Under the pieces are notes generated by a model that was not told where the DNA came from, did no database searches, and was given only the letters and a program-made list of their open reading frames with translations. A stretch of 64,000 nucleotides of DNA from the human T2T-CHM13v2.0 reference genome, Homo sapiens, in assembly GCF_009914755.1 (NCBI RefSeq), contig NC_060925.1; one strand, written 5' to 3'. Below, piece after piece: positions 1 to 14,504 of the stretch. The position numbers and the translations under genes were made by a program. The first letter of the stretch is position 1, and every line of letters starts with the position of its first letter.

Positions 1-227
1 AGCCAGTTTTATCCCACCTTCTCCTGCCTACTTTGTTCTAGGCACACTGACAGCTGATTGGATGGTGCCTATCCACACTGAGGGTAGGTCTTCCTCTCCC
101 AGTCCACTGACTCAAATGTTAATCTCTTCTGGCAACACCCTCATAGACACACCGGGAAACAATACTTTGCCAGTTATCTAGGCATCCTTCAATCCAATCA
201 AGTTGAAACTTAATATTAAACATCACA
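1..227 (-). mobile_element. MLT2-family (ERVL) LTR, 5' part; continues beyond window start
   Basis: Reverse complement of 181-227 reads TGTGATGTTTAATATTAAGTTTCAACTTGATTGGATTGAAGGATGCC, the MLT2 LTR start (compare the + strand copy at 28204). Confidence 0.88.
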
Positions 228-239
228 GAAAGTTAAAGC

Positions 240-625
240 ATTTCAGACAGATGACACAGTATGTATAAAAAGCAGAAGTAAAAGAATAGCAAGGCTCTCA
301 AGTAGTTGAAGTTCTATAAGAAATATATGGAATAAAAATAGTGAATCAAGGTCAGATAGTAATTCAATGTGACTAACACACAGAAAGGGGCAACCTCTTG
401 AATATAAACTAAAGAATTAATCCTTTAATGTATATAAAATTAAGGTCATTGAAGAGTTTGAGCAGGACACTGACACAACCAAATTTGCTTTTAGAAAGAT
501 CATTTGGGGGACTATATGGAAGGCAGACTAGAGGGGAACACATTGGAAATAGAGATGATGGAAGTCTGAATGAGGGCAGTGGCAGTAAGAACCTGTGAAA
601 GTAAGTAGATTTAAGAAATATCAGA
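240..625 (-). mobile_element. L2 LINE fragment
   Basis: Typical antisense L2 motifs (gagtttgagcaggacactgacacaaccaaatttgcttttagaaagatca; gagatgatggaagtctgaatgagggcagtggcagt). Ends approximate. Confidence 0.65.
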
Positions 626-830
626 AATCCAATATATTATTATCATTAATTGTTACAATGGTAAATTATATTTGGAAAATACTAAGTACAAAGTTTTTCT
701 AGACCAATCAATTTCTCTAATTTGTTCATTCACTCATGTATTCATTCAAAAATATTTATTAGGTTCCTATTTTATGCTAGTTTTATTTTTCTTTTCATAA
801 AAAAAATCTGTAGAAAGAAAATAAAATGAA

Positions 831-1217
831 TGCTTCTTAGTCAGTTTGGGCTTCTATAACAAAGTACCATAGACTGGGTGGCTTATAAACACCAAAAATC
901 TATTCTCACAGTTCTGGAGGCTGGAAGTTTGAGATCAGAGTGCCAGCAAGAGCATGTTCAGGTTCCAGTGAAGGTTCTTGTCCAGGCTGCAGACAACCAA
1001 CTTCTCCTTGGATCCTCACATAGCAGAAAGACAGCAAACTAGCTCTTTGGACTCTTCTTATAAGAACACTAATCCCATTAATGGGATTAGTGAGTCTCCA
1101 GCCTCATGACTTAATCACCTCCCAAAAGCCCTCCCTCATAATCCCATCACATTGAGGGTTAGATTTTAATATATGAATTCGGGGAGGAGGGAACAAACAA
1201 CCAGTCCCTGTATAACA
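831..1217 (-). mobile_element. MaLR solo LTR, MLT1A-like
   Basis: tcttagtcagtttgggcttctataacaaagtaccatagactgggtggcttataaac...ctcacagttctggaggctggaag matches the reverse complement of the MLT1A 3' end. Confidence 0.85.
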
Positions 1218-2477
1218 GCCTCTAACTATTCACACTCATACCCAAATATGCTAGAAGTTTCCCCAGCATCATGCTTTTATATCACATTCTCCACAAAACA
1301 AACAAAAACAAACAAACAAAAAACCAAATGTTCTTCCTGTACTCTCCACTGGCCAGAAAATATTTGGAAAAGTGGAGTTGAACTTCTTAAGAGTATCTAG
1401 GAATGAAATTACATATCCAGATGGTATTAGTTTGTAGATAATAGTTGAAGTTTATATGAATTAAAGAGTATAAATGAGAAGAGTAGGGAGATTTTCTGAA
1501 GAGAGTACAACACTTAAGGGCCCTCAAAAGAAAAGGAGACTAAGAGGAAGAATGGGAGAGAGTAGATGTAGGTATAAAAGGGAAACCATGATGGAATATT
1601 ACCAGGCAAGATAAGAAGAAGAGGAGGAGGAGGATTTATTGACAATGTCAAATCCTGGCAGTCCTGTGGGATAAGGTTTTAAAAGATGTTCCCAGATTTG
1701 TGAAAGAAGCAATTCTAATAGAATGGTGGAACTTGATACCAGAATGCAGTAGATTGAAGACTGAATGGAAATTTCGGAAGTAAAAGCAACTCTCAATAAT
1801 TTTGGCCATGAGGTCACACAACCTGGTAGTGTCCTTTACTGTCTCATTGGGTGATTATGATTCAGTGAGGTTTAATAGGCAAAAAGGTAGCAGCACCCAG
1901 AATAGAGTTTAGCACTGAGTAAGTAATCAACACTTCATATTTGCATGCATTCAACATTTATTTAACAAATATTTATTATTTACCAAATTCCAGGTTCTGG
2001 GAATACAGTAATGAGTAAAAGCAGGTGTGACCTTGACCTCAAGGCATTTATGGTCTATAGTGTGTATGTGCAGGATAAGAAGGCATTAAACAAATAATCA
2101 TACAAACAAAAGTAAAATTGCATCAGAAAGCAGTTTGAAAGAATTGTATATAAATATGAATGAGGAAGTTCCCTCCTGGCAACAATGGGTGGAATTGATT
2201 TGACCAATGCCTTTTCCTAGACCTGAGGGTGAAGCCCAAGTTGCAAAGAATAAAAAGTTCAGGTGGAGCTCTTTGCGGTCTTGACCTGAGCCTGTCTGTA
2301 TGTCTTCCATGCCTGCAAAAGAACCTGACAGTCTTTCACTGGATCTGGCCAAATGCAGGTCAGATTCAGTAACCCTGATCATCGCTGGGCTTATCTGCAG
2401 CCACAACAATCGCAATTTGCCTGATCTATACAAGGCTTGAATAAAATTATACATGAAAAATGCAGAGGTGACATTAT

Positions 2478-2655
2478 GATGTAGTAAATAGAATGCTGAC
2501 TTTGAAATCGGGGAAATCTTACTTCAAGTCTTGGCTCTTTCCCTTTCTAGTTATGTGATCTGTAACAGGTCATTTTATCTCTGAGCTTCAGATTTCTCCT
2601 CTGTAAATGAAGAGGATAACTAATACTCGGCCTAGTTCACAGAGTTGTTGAGAAC
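2478..2655 (+). mobile_element. MIR SINE
   Basis: MIR core ctagttatgtgatc...ctctgagcttcagatttctcctctgtaaatg. Confidence 0.75.
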
Positions 2656-3399
2656 CTGTAATCCTCAAAATACAAATAAAACAAAAAAAATCAGAATCTC
2701 TTTATTAGGCAGGATCATAAAGGTCTTATGATCCAGTTACAATGTTTGTGAAAGCACCTTAAAAGGTAGAATAATGAGAAAAGGTGAAGAAATTATCCTT
2801 AAGGTTCTATACATTCTCCTCTAAAACCATATGTTTAAATACATGTGTATGTATACATACGTATATATTTATAAAATTGTATATGTAGACACATACACAT
2901 ATATATAAGCCCATATAGTGTAGTGCTATATTGAACTCACATTAATAGAAAGGAATCTATTTCAATTACCAATTTTATGGGTTGGTGAGTAAAAGGGAAA
3001 TACATGAGAAAAAATGAAAGTTGCACCATTCACTTTATTTATTTTGATAAGATCTGTTTAGCTGTATTGTTAATCATGCTTCCAAAATACCAATAAATGG
3101 ACCATACTCTAGTTTGTAATTTAAAAAGTCATCAGCAACATGCAGACTAGCTTCTTAAATATTTTTGAAGTGAAATTATCCATAATGAGGAATGATGGAC
3201 ACCGGTTTTGAGAGAATTACTACATCTGTCAATGGTTATATGCAATGAAAACGGGCCTACTGCTTAAAACTGATCAAAGGAATATGGCAAAGCGAGGTTA
3301 ATGCTCTAGTCTCCATGGAGCTACAGGCTTAAGCACCATTGCTATAAGAGTGGTGCTCATCTTTAAGAAGCCATGAAGAATGTAGGGGGAAAGAACTAG

Positions 3400-3820
3400 T
3401 TCTGGATACACAAAGGCGAGGTTCAAATCACAGATCTATCACTTACTTAACCTCTTTCTAGCTCTGACTCCTAATCTGCATAGTGAGGACAATAATAACA
3501 ATACACTCTTCATAGGCTTATTGTGAGGATTAGATGTATGTAAAGTATTTAAAACAGTTCCTGGGACATAGCAAGCCCTCAGCTAATGATAGTTGCTATT
3601 TTTATTTTGGGACAGTATGCAGTGTTAGCTATAAGGATGACAATAATATTTACTTGAGTCTGAGGCATCATCAAATGCTAATCCAACCCCATCATTTTTT
3701 AGATGAGGAACCTGAGGCATAGAGAGGAGAAATGATTTATCTGAGGTCATGTAGAAAGTTAATAGCAGATCTGGAAACAGCATCCAGGTCTCTTAATTCC
3801 CAATTCTGTACTCTTTCCTA
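3400..3820. mobile_element. Two MIR fragments: + at ~3400-3600, - at ~3668-3820
   Basis: cataggcttattgtgaggattagatg (sense MIR tail); tttagatgaggaacctgaggcatagagagg (antisense MIR core). Confidence 0.7.
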
Positions 3821-5069
3821 CTTCTTCGCTAGCCCAAGGACTGTCTCTGTCCCTCTGCTCCGATACATGTTACATTATGTCAAAAGAGAGGAACAGACAC
3901 TATGCTGATTAGAATTATTTTTGTCTTTATATCTCCTACTACATTTTGAGCTCCTTAAATGGAAGGACTGTATTACTTATATCAGATAATGCAGCACCTA
4001 GCAGAGTGGTGCAACAATGTTAATTGATTGCTTTAAAATATTCAATAGAATAAAAGATGAAATAGTAAGTATGCTCTGAGGGTGGTAAATGTAATAAGTT
4101 TCCATAAGAAGTTACTTCTAGAGGTTTGTTAATTGGAGATGGTGTTAGAATAGAAAAAGCATTGAACTTCATATCAGGGAATATGGATTCTAAGCTTGAA
4201 CCTGCTAATAACTAGGTGAATTTGGACTGAAGTGACATTAAAATGTAGGGAGGATGAGGGAAGTTCAACAGAAATAAAACTAGAAAGGTAGGTTCTAAAG
4301 AACCTTGAGAGTCAGGCTAAAGAATATGAACTTTATCCTTAAAGCAAAGGAGAGTGAGAGATGGATTTTAAGGAGGTTAATGACATGATCTGGATAGTAT
4401 TTTAGAACTATCACTCTGACAAGTATGTGAAAAACAAATTAGTGGGAGAAAGGCTAAAGGTCAGAAAAATTACTTCTTTTTAGCAGGTTAAAGTATTGAG
4501 GCTTAGAGAAAGAAGTTAAGTGAAAGTAATTTGCTGAAAGTCAGAAGTAGAATCAACATTCAAAATAAGATCAAGAAATGCCAAAACCTGTGTCTTCCCA
4601 CCATACCCCAACACCCCTCAGATAAAGAGCTTATAGGACATGCAGAAACCAGGGAGTTGCATGGAACGATATTCTACACAACCTTGCCTTTGGGAGAGGA
4701 CATTATCTGGTTAAAATGGATTATCCTTGGATTTATCCAGGGGTCAATGTCAAAAATATCAGCTTTCCAATGAGGTAAATTTTGATTATATGAATATAGT
4801 CTTTGTTAAGGACACAAAAATGGTTTGCTGTTGTTTTTTTCTTTCAAAAGAACCGGTACATTTTGTTATGTTTATATACTAGTCAAATTAAGAGTTAAAA
4901 ATTGATCCAGATGATATTTATACATGTGGTAATATAAAAGGCATATATGCATATGTATGTGTGAATAGACGTATACATTGTGTGCATACCTGTAGTTAAA
5001 CCAGATGCAAAGGTATTACCAAATGTTTGAATTTAGAACATCAATTATGATTTGGTGGAAAATTTCTAA

Positions 5070-5530
5070 ATTTAAAATCAGTAAACTTGGTTCATATCTC
5101 AGTTCCACATCTTACTAGTTATGTGATTTGTGGTATATTCTTCATATCTTGGAGCCACTATTTCCTCATCCATAAAATGGAAATAATTATGGGGTTGCCA
5201 TGGAGATCAGATGACATATGTGAATATGCTTTGTAAATGGCCTTAGATAAATGTTACAACATAATGTTTAAGAGTTTAGGCTGTGGAGTAGCATTCAATG
5301 CTAGTTCAGCTAGTTATTTAATGTGATACTTTGGGCAAGTCATTTAGCTTCTCTGAGCTCGAATTTCTTCATATGAAAAATGAGGCTCATAATAGCTTTT
5401 ACTTCATAAGTTTATTGTAAGGATTAAATCAGTCAATATATATAAAGTGTATATATTAGTTAATACAGATAAAAGTATGGCCTGGAATTGAGTAAAAGCT
5501 CAATGCATGTTCTGTATAGTATTTATTATA
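5070..5530 (+). mobile_element. Two tandem MIR SINEs
   Basis: Two MIR cores: ttcctcatccataaaatgg and ttgggcaagtcatttagcttctctgagctcgaatttcttcatatgaaaaatgagg. Confidence 0.7.
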
Positions 5531-7049
5531 TGGGCATGTAAGGCAGCTGACTCACACCTACATGCAACAATGGCAAAAAATAAATACAAGAAAAACATGA
5601 ATACATTAAGGAAATGGAATATGATTGTTGAAATAATAAAACTAAAAAGACTAGGTGAGTCAGAGATCTAAAGCTCACTGCTCCATGACTAAGAGATTTA
5701 ACCTAATAGTATCTTCACGCACTTTCACCCACTGTATTCTGTGTTCTGGGTCCATGGGCCACAAATGATGCAGACATGTGTTACAATTGACAATAAATTA
5801 AAGTCTCAGGTCTATCCCTTCAGTGTGAAGGAGAAACAAGTGTCATAGGCTATGATCAGAGAAGGCATCTGAGGAAACCTGTCCTGAAAGAAAAATGACC
5901 TTGGAATTCAGTGCTAGAAACAAGCAAGCTGTTTTTCAAAGCTAAAGGAGGTTAATCAAGCAGTTCATTAAACTAAAGGAATACAGAAAAAAAGCGATCA
6001 GAAAAGAGAAGGAGAAATGGAGAAACAGAAGGCTCAATGAAGAACTAGTTTTACAAACAGTTGGCCTGCTGTGGAGTCCTTTTGCTGTGCCAGAAATTTG
6101 TTCTTAATATGAGTAAAACAGAAAAACAAATCAAAATTCCCTCAACTGATCCAAAAAGGGCATTCATATAAGGGAGAAGGAGATCAATAGTAGTTGATTA
6201 GGATAAACTGGAGTTCTTTTGCAAGGGAGGGCTAAAGTGGATGATTGACTAGTTCAGTTTTAAGAGACTAGAGAGATATAATATGGCATGGTCTAAAATA
6301 TACCCATATAGGATCTCTTCTAAGAACTTCCTAAGGATTGAAACAAGAAATGGGGTTTTTGAAACCTCATAATGTGTCCCATTCTTCCCCTTGTAACTTT
6401 GCAATTCATTGGAATGATGTCTTTAGGTTAAAATACATTGCTTTTTATGAGTCTTCATATAGCTGAGTTTTTTATTTGACATGCAATCAACTACAGAAGC
6501 AATCTTACCAGAGAAAGCAATTCAGAACAGTCAGTAGTTTAAAGCTATGCAAAAGTGAAGGTTTTATTGCAGCTTTAGAATTATGCATTTCATTTTAATT
6601 TTCTAAATGGATCCTCTGTATAATATGGTCCACAGTAGAAAGGAGACTTTTCAGCTTTAGTTTGTTACACCTAGATTCATGTGTACATGTTTATTGTTTG
6701 TTTTATTTTTCATATGCACACATTGAAGGCAACACAGAAAGGCCATTCCAAGTCTTCCCTTGGATTACCTTTTTACTGTAACTTTAGCTTTCTAGTCTAG
6801 CTAAATTCCAGTCTCATAACCTTTGGGTAGCTCTGCAGTTTTATGTCTATAATTCTGCATTCTCCATACCCCTACTTATCTAAGCCAAATCTGTCAATAT
6901 CAGGGACTAGGCTAAATCCAGCTGTTGGAAAATTTCTAATTGAAATGAAAGTATAAGAAAGAAAGTAACATTTAATGGCCACCTGCCACATCTCTTTAAG
7001 TGGTAGGAGCCTTCACATTGATTATCACCTTGACTGCTTTCAACAACTC

Positions 7050-7800
7050 TGTGAAATAGATACTGTGACAAGAGCTATGGTTATAAAAATGAATAAAACA
7101 TATTCAGGTCCCTACCCTCATGGAGTTCGTAGTCTAATAGAAGAGACTGATATTGAGTGAATAATTCAAAAACCATTTAATTATACAAATAAAATGTGCT
7201 ATGAATGGACTAAGTAGTAAAAGAACATGTAACAACAACAACAAAAAACCAAGACTCAGTGGAGTCAGGGACAATTTTCTTGTAGGCAATTGAACTAAAA
7301 TATAAGGATTTTACTGGATGAAAGTAGGAAATAGACTGTGCATTTCAGGCCAGGAGAACAGCCTGTGATCCCCCCTGTGCTTAAAAGACATGTGCTCCAG
7401 TTAAAGGACTGAAAGAAGGCTAGTGCCACAGACTGATAGGCAAAGTTCATGGGGGAGAAAGTTATGAGGTAAGTCTAAAGATGTAGGCAAGTGCTAGTTC
7501 ATTAACGGCATGGTAGGCCTTGTAAGGAATTTCTCTTTGTCCCAAGTATAATGGGAAGGCATTAAAGCTATTAAGCAGGGAGGTGACATTAACAGATTTA
7601 AAAAATGTTAAAATATCATTATGGCTTCCTCATAGATAATGGATTTTAGAAGGTTAACAGTGGATAAGGAAATATAAGTTAGAAGACTATTAAACTAGCC
7701 CAGGTGAGAGATGATCAGACTTTAATTAGGAAGGGAAAGGATGGAGATAAATTTGAGATGTAGTAGAAGGCAAAATCAATAGATCTTTGTAACTGACCAG
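7050..7800 (-). mobile_element. L2 LINE fragment
   Basis: ggtccctaccctcatggagttcgtagtcta...taagcagggaggtgacatt...ccaggtgagagatgat, collinear with antisense L2. Confidence 0.75.
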
Positions 7801-8595
7801 ATAAGTAAATATTCTTCTTTACAATACCAAAGCAATATACAAAAATATTAGTATTATAATATTTTACATATTAAGTGTTCTCCCAGATAAATAGTGTATT
7901 GGGTCATCTGTTACTGGTGGCATATCACACAACAAGTATTATATGCAGTGCTCTAGTTGGCAAGTCAAATGTAAAACAAGTTCTACCTTCAAGAAGTTTA
8001 TGACTTTGGAGAGGAAATATAATATTACAGTAGCTGAAATCTTGACAACAATTCTGTGATATCGGTAACATAGTTCACATTTTACAACTGCATATGTTAA
8101 AACCTAGAGTACTTATCAAACAAATGTGATACATATGGAATGGCAGAGACTCCCAGCTCCACTCTCTTTTCATGACTTCCTTAGCCCTTGTTTCTCAGAA
8201 TGAAAAAAAATATTTTCTGGATCCCTGCTGATATCTTCTGGGACCCACCAGTCATCTCCCACGTAGGCATCTATTCAACAAATGAAATCTCAAGTAGTCC
8301 CATTGGGAGGTTTTACATTTCAGTTGGAGATCAGCAGCGTAGTATGTATTCTATCCCAATGGACAAAATAAACAGATTAAATCCTTATCCTCAGTGTTCA
8401 AATTTTTGCCCAAGTGACATAAATTTAGGTAATAATTCCCTGTGAACTAAAATGGTTACTCAGAAAAATACTATTAGGTATAAATACAAAAGCTGGAGAC
8501 AAGGTTGGTGAAATGGGTACTATCAAGACTGAGTCAGCCTGCTCCACAAGTGCTGGCTTAGGAGGGGATAGGATCCCTGCATAGGTGATATAAAG

Positions 8596-8760
8596 TCTTG
8601 CTGTTCAAAGTGTGATTCTTGAACCAACAGCATCAGCATTATTTGAAAATTTGTTAGAAGTGGAGAATCTCAGCCCCTGTAGCAGGTTTAAAGAACCAGG
8701 ATCTGTGTTTTAACAGGATGCCTACTGATTTATAAACACAATGAAGTTTAAGAAGCACTG
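8596..8760. mobile_element. MER5A-type hAT-Charlie MITE with 8-bp TSD
   Basis: ttcaaagtgtg...cagcatcagcatt...ttttaacagga...aagtttaagaagcactg; flanked by ATATAAAG at 8588-8595 and 8761-8768. Confidence 0.85.
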
Positions 8761-9118
8761 ATATAAAGTACACCCAAAGGAATCTTCACCTCTAATAGCA
8801 CAAATGACCTGAAATTCTCCCAATAATACTTTCTATTTATCCAACTTTTGGTCTTCTTTTACTCTTCCTTCTGTAAAGACAAAAATCTCTCGGGATTGAA
8901 ACAGGCTGATAAAGATGAAAAGGCATGACATGTGAAGTCAGATATACAAGGGTTGGCATTACAGTTCTATATCAAGGTATGAAATTGGGTGTATTGCTAA
9001 GAGTTTCTGGGACTTAGTTTGCCTCACTCCAGAATAAGAGTAACAAACTAGTCTTGACAAATCTACAAGAGTGGGATAAACATCTAAGAAGATAATGAAT
9101 GTAAAAGTGCTCTGTATT

Positions 9119-9486
<368 letters not shown>

Positions 9487-11289
9487 TCACTCATTCAGTC
9501 AGTCGTCAAATAGCTATATAGCTAGAACCTAATCTGTGCCATATCCTGTGCTAGATGCTGGGGATAATGAGGTGCATAAGACAGCTATTCCTTACTTTAA
9601 GGAGTTCTCAGGCTTGTGGTAAAGAACATAAGACATCATGTAATTATTAATGCCCTAAAAGAGGTACAGAGCAATGCTAGAACACAAGTAAGTCTCTCAA
9701 TGCTTAGATCACTCTTATTTCTCACTATAACAAATTCTAAGGAAACATCCTGTGTTTGGGTGGAAAGCATAGGAAGACAGCTGATTGGAATATTGACTAT
9801 ACCACTTAAAATCTTGAGTAAAAATCTTAAACATCTCAAAGCCTTAGTGTCTCTGTATATAATAATACCTGCATCACTGAGCTAACCAGAGCATAAAATG
9901 AATGTAAAAGGGCTAAGTGAACCATTCATTGTTGGCCATTCATTCATATGCTCAAGTACAAGCACTTGATTTCAAGCCAAGCACACAGTAGTCTCCCTGA
10001 GGATACAGGAATGAAAAATGACTCTGTTGTCTTCAAAGAACTTTCAGTCAAGTACACAGTTGTAACAAATGCTACGGGGGGCGGGGGGAAGCTGTGGGTA
10101 CTATGTCATAAAATAAAAGAAACATAAAACATTGTCTGAAAGTGAGATGGAAGGGGTAGGCTCAGGAGAGCCAGCTTTGAGAAATGTTTTGCATCAATGT
10201 CGTGTTTTCAATGTTTGTTATCAAGCAAAAATAAAATTGACAAGAGAAAAAACGAAGAAATAACCTAAGCGAGAAGAGAGTTGAGTTAGCAGTGTCCAAT
10301 GAGTCAAAATAAACACTAATAATAATAATAGTTAATGTTTATTAAGCATTTATTAAGTGCCAGGCATGGTGTTAAATACTTTAAATGTATTCTCTCTTTT
10401 AATTCTACCTGTATTAGTTTGCTTTTGTGGACTTGCCTGGAAACTTATGGTACTTTCCCATCTCTTGACTTTCTCTGCCATCTTTTCTACCATGAAATCC
10501 TAGATTTGTCTGCCAAGTTTCAAGATAAACACTATTGGTCCTATTTTAACTTCCTTCCCTCCTGCCTTTCCCCTAAGCACCGTTTGACGCCCACTCCACC
10601 TCCAGTTCTATCGATATAGATTCCACATTTAGATGTACTATTCATTTTTCTCATATTTAAAAATGGTCCAAGAAATGTGTCTTTCATTGCAGTAACTCCT
10701 GTTTTGAAATCCCTCTCTGAGCCAAAAACTTTATTTCTTCCTAAGAGAGATTCTTATGTAGATAGACTTTGGTCTTAATCAATTCATAGATAGTTACAAA
10801 ATGCAAGAGTTCTAGGGCACTCTATAGCCATAGACTTTTTTAGACCAATTTCAGCAATATAGATGCAGGCACAAAAAATTATGAGATTTTTAATCCAATC
10901 ATTTTTACATTAACTGTTCTTCAATGAGCCCAAAGCAAAACAACTCTGAGTATTATAACAGAAAATTTTGCTGTTAATTTCATTGGAGGAATAAAAGTGC
11001 ATCAAACTGCTTCTCTGCACATCCTTAAAATTTGTGGTTTCTATGTCTTCACAAATAAATGGAGATATGATTTTCAGGGAAATTCATTTCCAAATTCTTT
11101 TTCATTTTCTTTCTGAATAAAGTTCTCAACTAGGTCATGCTGGCTGCTTAACTTTCAACTAGTTTCAAAAAATACTTCTTTGATTTTGAAAATTGGGCAA
11201 TATATTTTTGATCAGAACAATTGAATTAATATGTATCAATGTGACCCAGAACTGCTGCTAACCTCCTTGTGTCACTCATCAAATGCAAA

Positions 11290-12065
11290 ATCTAGATGTA
11301 AGTCCTTTGACTCATATATTTAAGCATACACCTTGCTATTTCATGCTTTCTTACTTTTGCTGGTGTCATCCTCCTACTTCAAATCCTACTTTCCCCTTCT
11401 TCACCCAGCTCACTCTTAAATATCCTTCAAAAATCAGTTTAAGTGTCACTTTCTTTAGGAAGCTATTCTTGATTCTCATCCCCACCCCCTTACCACAAAC
11501 TAAGCTCCCCTCTTCTTCTCCCATAATTCCTGTGTTGATTTTTGTCACAGCACAATTACCCTTTATTATTAGTGTAACAAGGGCAATACCGTGTGCTCTC
11601 TAAACTCAAATTCCTTTTAATCTCAGGCACACAGCTAGACTACATTTCTCAGTCTTCCCTGCAGTTAGATAAGACTATGAACCAACTCTAGCAAATGTAG
11701 TGTGCACAAGAGATATGTTCACCTCTTCTAAGCCCAATCTTCCACATTCTTTCTTCCCTTACCTCCAATAGGATGCAAAGGTCTGGGTCCCCAATGTACT
11801 GTGGAGCTGAGTTACCCTACGAACCACATATATCCTATTAATAGAAGAGAAGTAAATTTTTATGTTAAGCCACAGAGGTTTGGGGGTTGTTTGTTGTAAC
11901 TTACGCCAACTAATACAATAATCAAATATTTGTCTGTGTCTCCTCCTAGACTAAAAGCTTCTTCAAGACAGGGTTTGTCTTTTTTATTCATCTCTGTTTC
12001 TACAATATTTAGCAGGATGCTGGCAGAGAGTAGGTGCTCAGAAAGTATTTTAAAAATAAAAAATA
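11290..12065 (+). mobile_element. L2 3' fragment split by an MLT1J-like LTR
   Basis: Sense L2 3' end tgtctcctcctagactaaaagcttcttcaagacaggg...gagtaggtgctcagaaagtattt resumes after the LTR. Confidence 0.65.
11573..11917 (+). mobile_element. Old MaLR LTR, MLT1J-like
   Basis: ggcacacagctagactacatttctcagtcttccctgcagttag...tgttaagccacagaggtttgggggttgtttgtt...actaataca. Confidence 0.75.
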
Positions 12066-12214
12066 AACATCCTGTAAGTTAACTGGAAATAGCTGCAATT
12101 CAGTGTTCCTAAGACAGGCATGAGAGGACAATGGAACAGAATACCCATGAATTATGTGAGGACCCAGAATTTCACAATAGAAATCAAGTTGGTAGAAAAG
12201 ATATCCAGCAATTA

Positions 12215-12774
<560 letters not shown>

Positions 12775-13679
12775 CTAAGAGGCTACCCAGACTGAGTAGG
12801 CAGTGGTGCCTTGAACAATGCCATTTTCGAAGACACTAAGAGAACCAAGATCTATGAGATACATTTCCAACCTATGTCCAACACTTTAGCAGTTCATGAT
12901 ATATAAACAATATTAGATAGAGTCTGTCTATGCTTATGACGAAACAAACAAAGAAACAAACAGTTAAATAGAGCCAAATTCTTTCTATAAAGAATGAAAA
13001 ATCCTGGATTTTTCCCCTCCTCCGCTCTTGGAGATTGCCTTCACTAGAAGGTAGCCATTATTGAGGCAGTTATATTAGTCCTGCCTTAGGCAGACCCAGA
13101 ATGCTTTGTTTTGTCCTGTTAAATGAAAGAGAAACCAAAAATTACCAGTAATTTCACTGGGAAAGTAAGAAAATGTAATTGTGAGAAATATCCTAGGCAG
13201 CTCAGTAAATAATTATGCACACAACAGACTAACATTTGAAATTAAGGGTACTTATTTTAATTGAACATCTCAACTGTTGTATTTATACAACGAAATGTGT
13301 GAGGGAAATTAACCCAGTTCCAGCAAGGCCTCATATCTTTGTGGAAAATACTCATCTTCAAGCCTCTGTATTCTTCTGTACCTGGTGTAGCCAGTGTTTA
13401 AAGCCCACGAGGTTTACAATGCATGCTCTTATTTATAGATACTCCAGGTATTAGAAGGCTCTTGTGGTCTAATTCAGTCACTGAGGAGAGTGATGGGGAC
13501 TCGCAGCACTGTTTTGCAGAGTTACAGAGTCAGGGGAATGAATGCTCTGTGCCTGGAGTAGAAGTGAAATTTACTTCCTAGGTAAGTATGAGGCCTGGTG
13601 AGGAAATGAAGATCTGGCCCCAGGGAGAGGAAATGAGGACATAAGAGCCTGGAAGGAAAAAGGTAACCAGCTAATCTGA

Positions 13680-14346
13680 TGAGTCAACTTTACTCTAAAT
13701 CTAATGAAACTCAAGTTTCAGGAGCCCCCTACTTGCACAGGTCCCTTTTAAGAACCTGAAATGACCCAGGAAATGTGGTTAATGAATGTCAACAAAAAGA
13801 ATCGAAGATTAGTCATGGAACAAGAAAACATGAAATGTTCTAAAATCTTAAAGTTTATGTACGAAGAAAACTTGATAAAGTTTCCTAACTTACATAATAA
13901 TTCTAAAATTTTACATTATGAGTCACAATGCTGAAATAAACTTTAAAAACTATCAATAATAAAAAACATTTGCTCTACCATGTTAAAGAAAGGACCAAAT
14001 TGGCTTTTTATTCTCTTTAGAAAATGATGTGACAGAATCATAGTCATATGAAAAGGTGGTCAAAGAATGTGCAGCCAAAAGTGTAGGAAAAATTATTATA
14101 TAAGTGTTTCAGGAGGTTAATTAATAAAAATATGCTATTTTAAATATTTTGTAATATTTATAGCATTTAAAATACTTTAAAGATTTGTAAGCTTTAAAAA
14201 ATGTGTAATTTATTGTTTCTTTTCTTATTCTAGCTCAATACTAGCTTTCGGACCTAAGTTTTTATTTGTAATACATATATTTTTGTCTTAAAGCAGCCCA
14301 TCAAGTTAAATAAGCTTAAGTCCCTGCAAACTTGGATGCACCCCTG
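13680..14346 (+). mobile_element. hAT DNA transposon fossil (Zaphod/MER115-like) with transposase C-terminal remnant
   Basis: Frameshifted peptide AE.NF/LSIIKNICSTML (from ~13930/13950) and ENDVTES*SYEKVVKECAAK (from 14020) resembles the hAT dimerisation domain; terminus ...aagcttaagtccctgcaaacttggatgcacccctg. Confidence 0.75.
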
Positions 14347-14504
14347 CTCATACATATTAATTACTTTCAATGTCAGATCCCTCTGCCAGTGCCTGGCTCA
14401 ACTTAGCTATAGCCCCTCTCATCTCTGCCTCATGACCAAAGTAGAGACCAGGGGTGAGGGGGTGAGAGGAGAAACTCTGGGGTTGAAGCCAGTATAGGAA
14501 GAGC

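Noticed and set aside
10891-10901. Perfect DUX4-type motif TAATCCAATCA in unique DNA
   Set aside because: A rough estimate gives about one chance match of this degenerate AT-rich 11-mer per window; there is no supporting context.
13439-13587. Possible exon ending at a strong donor TAG|GTAAGT (13581/13582)
   Set aside because: The acceptor is weak and there is no recognisable reading frame; isolated splice-like motifs are frequent.
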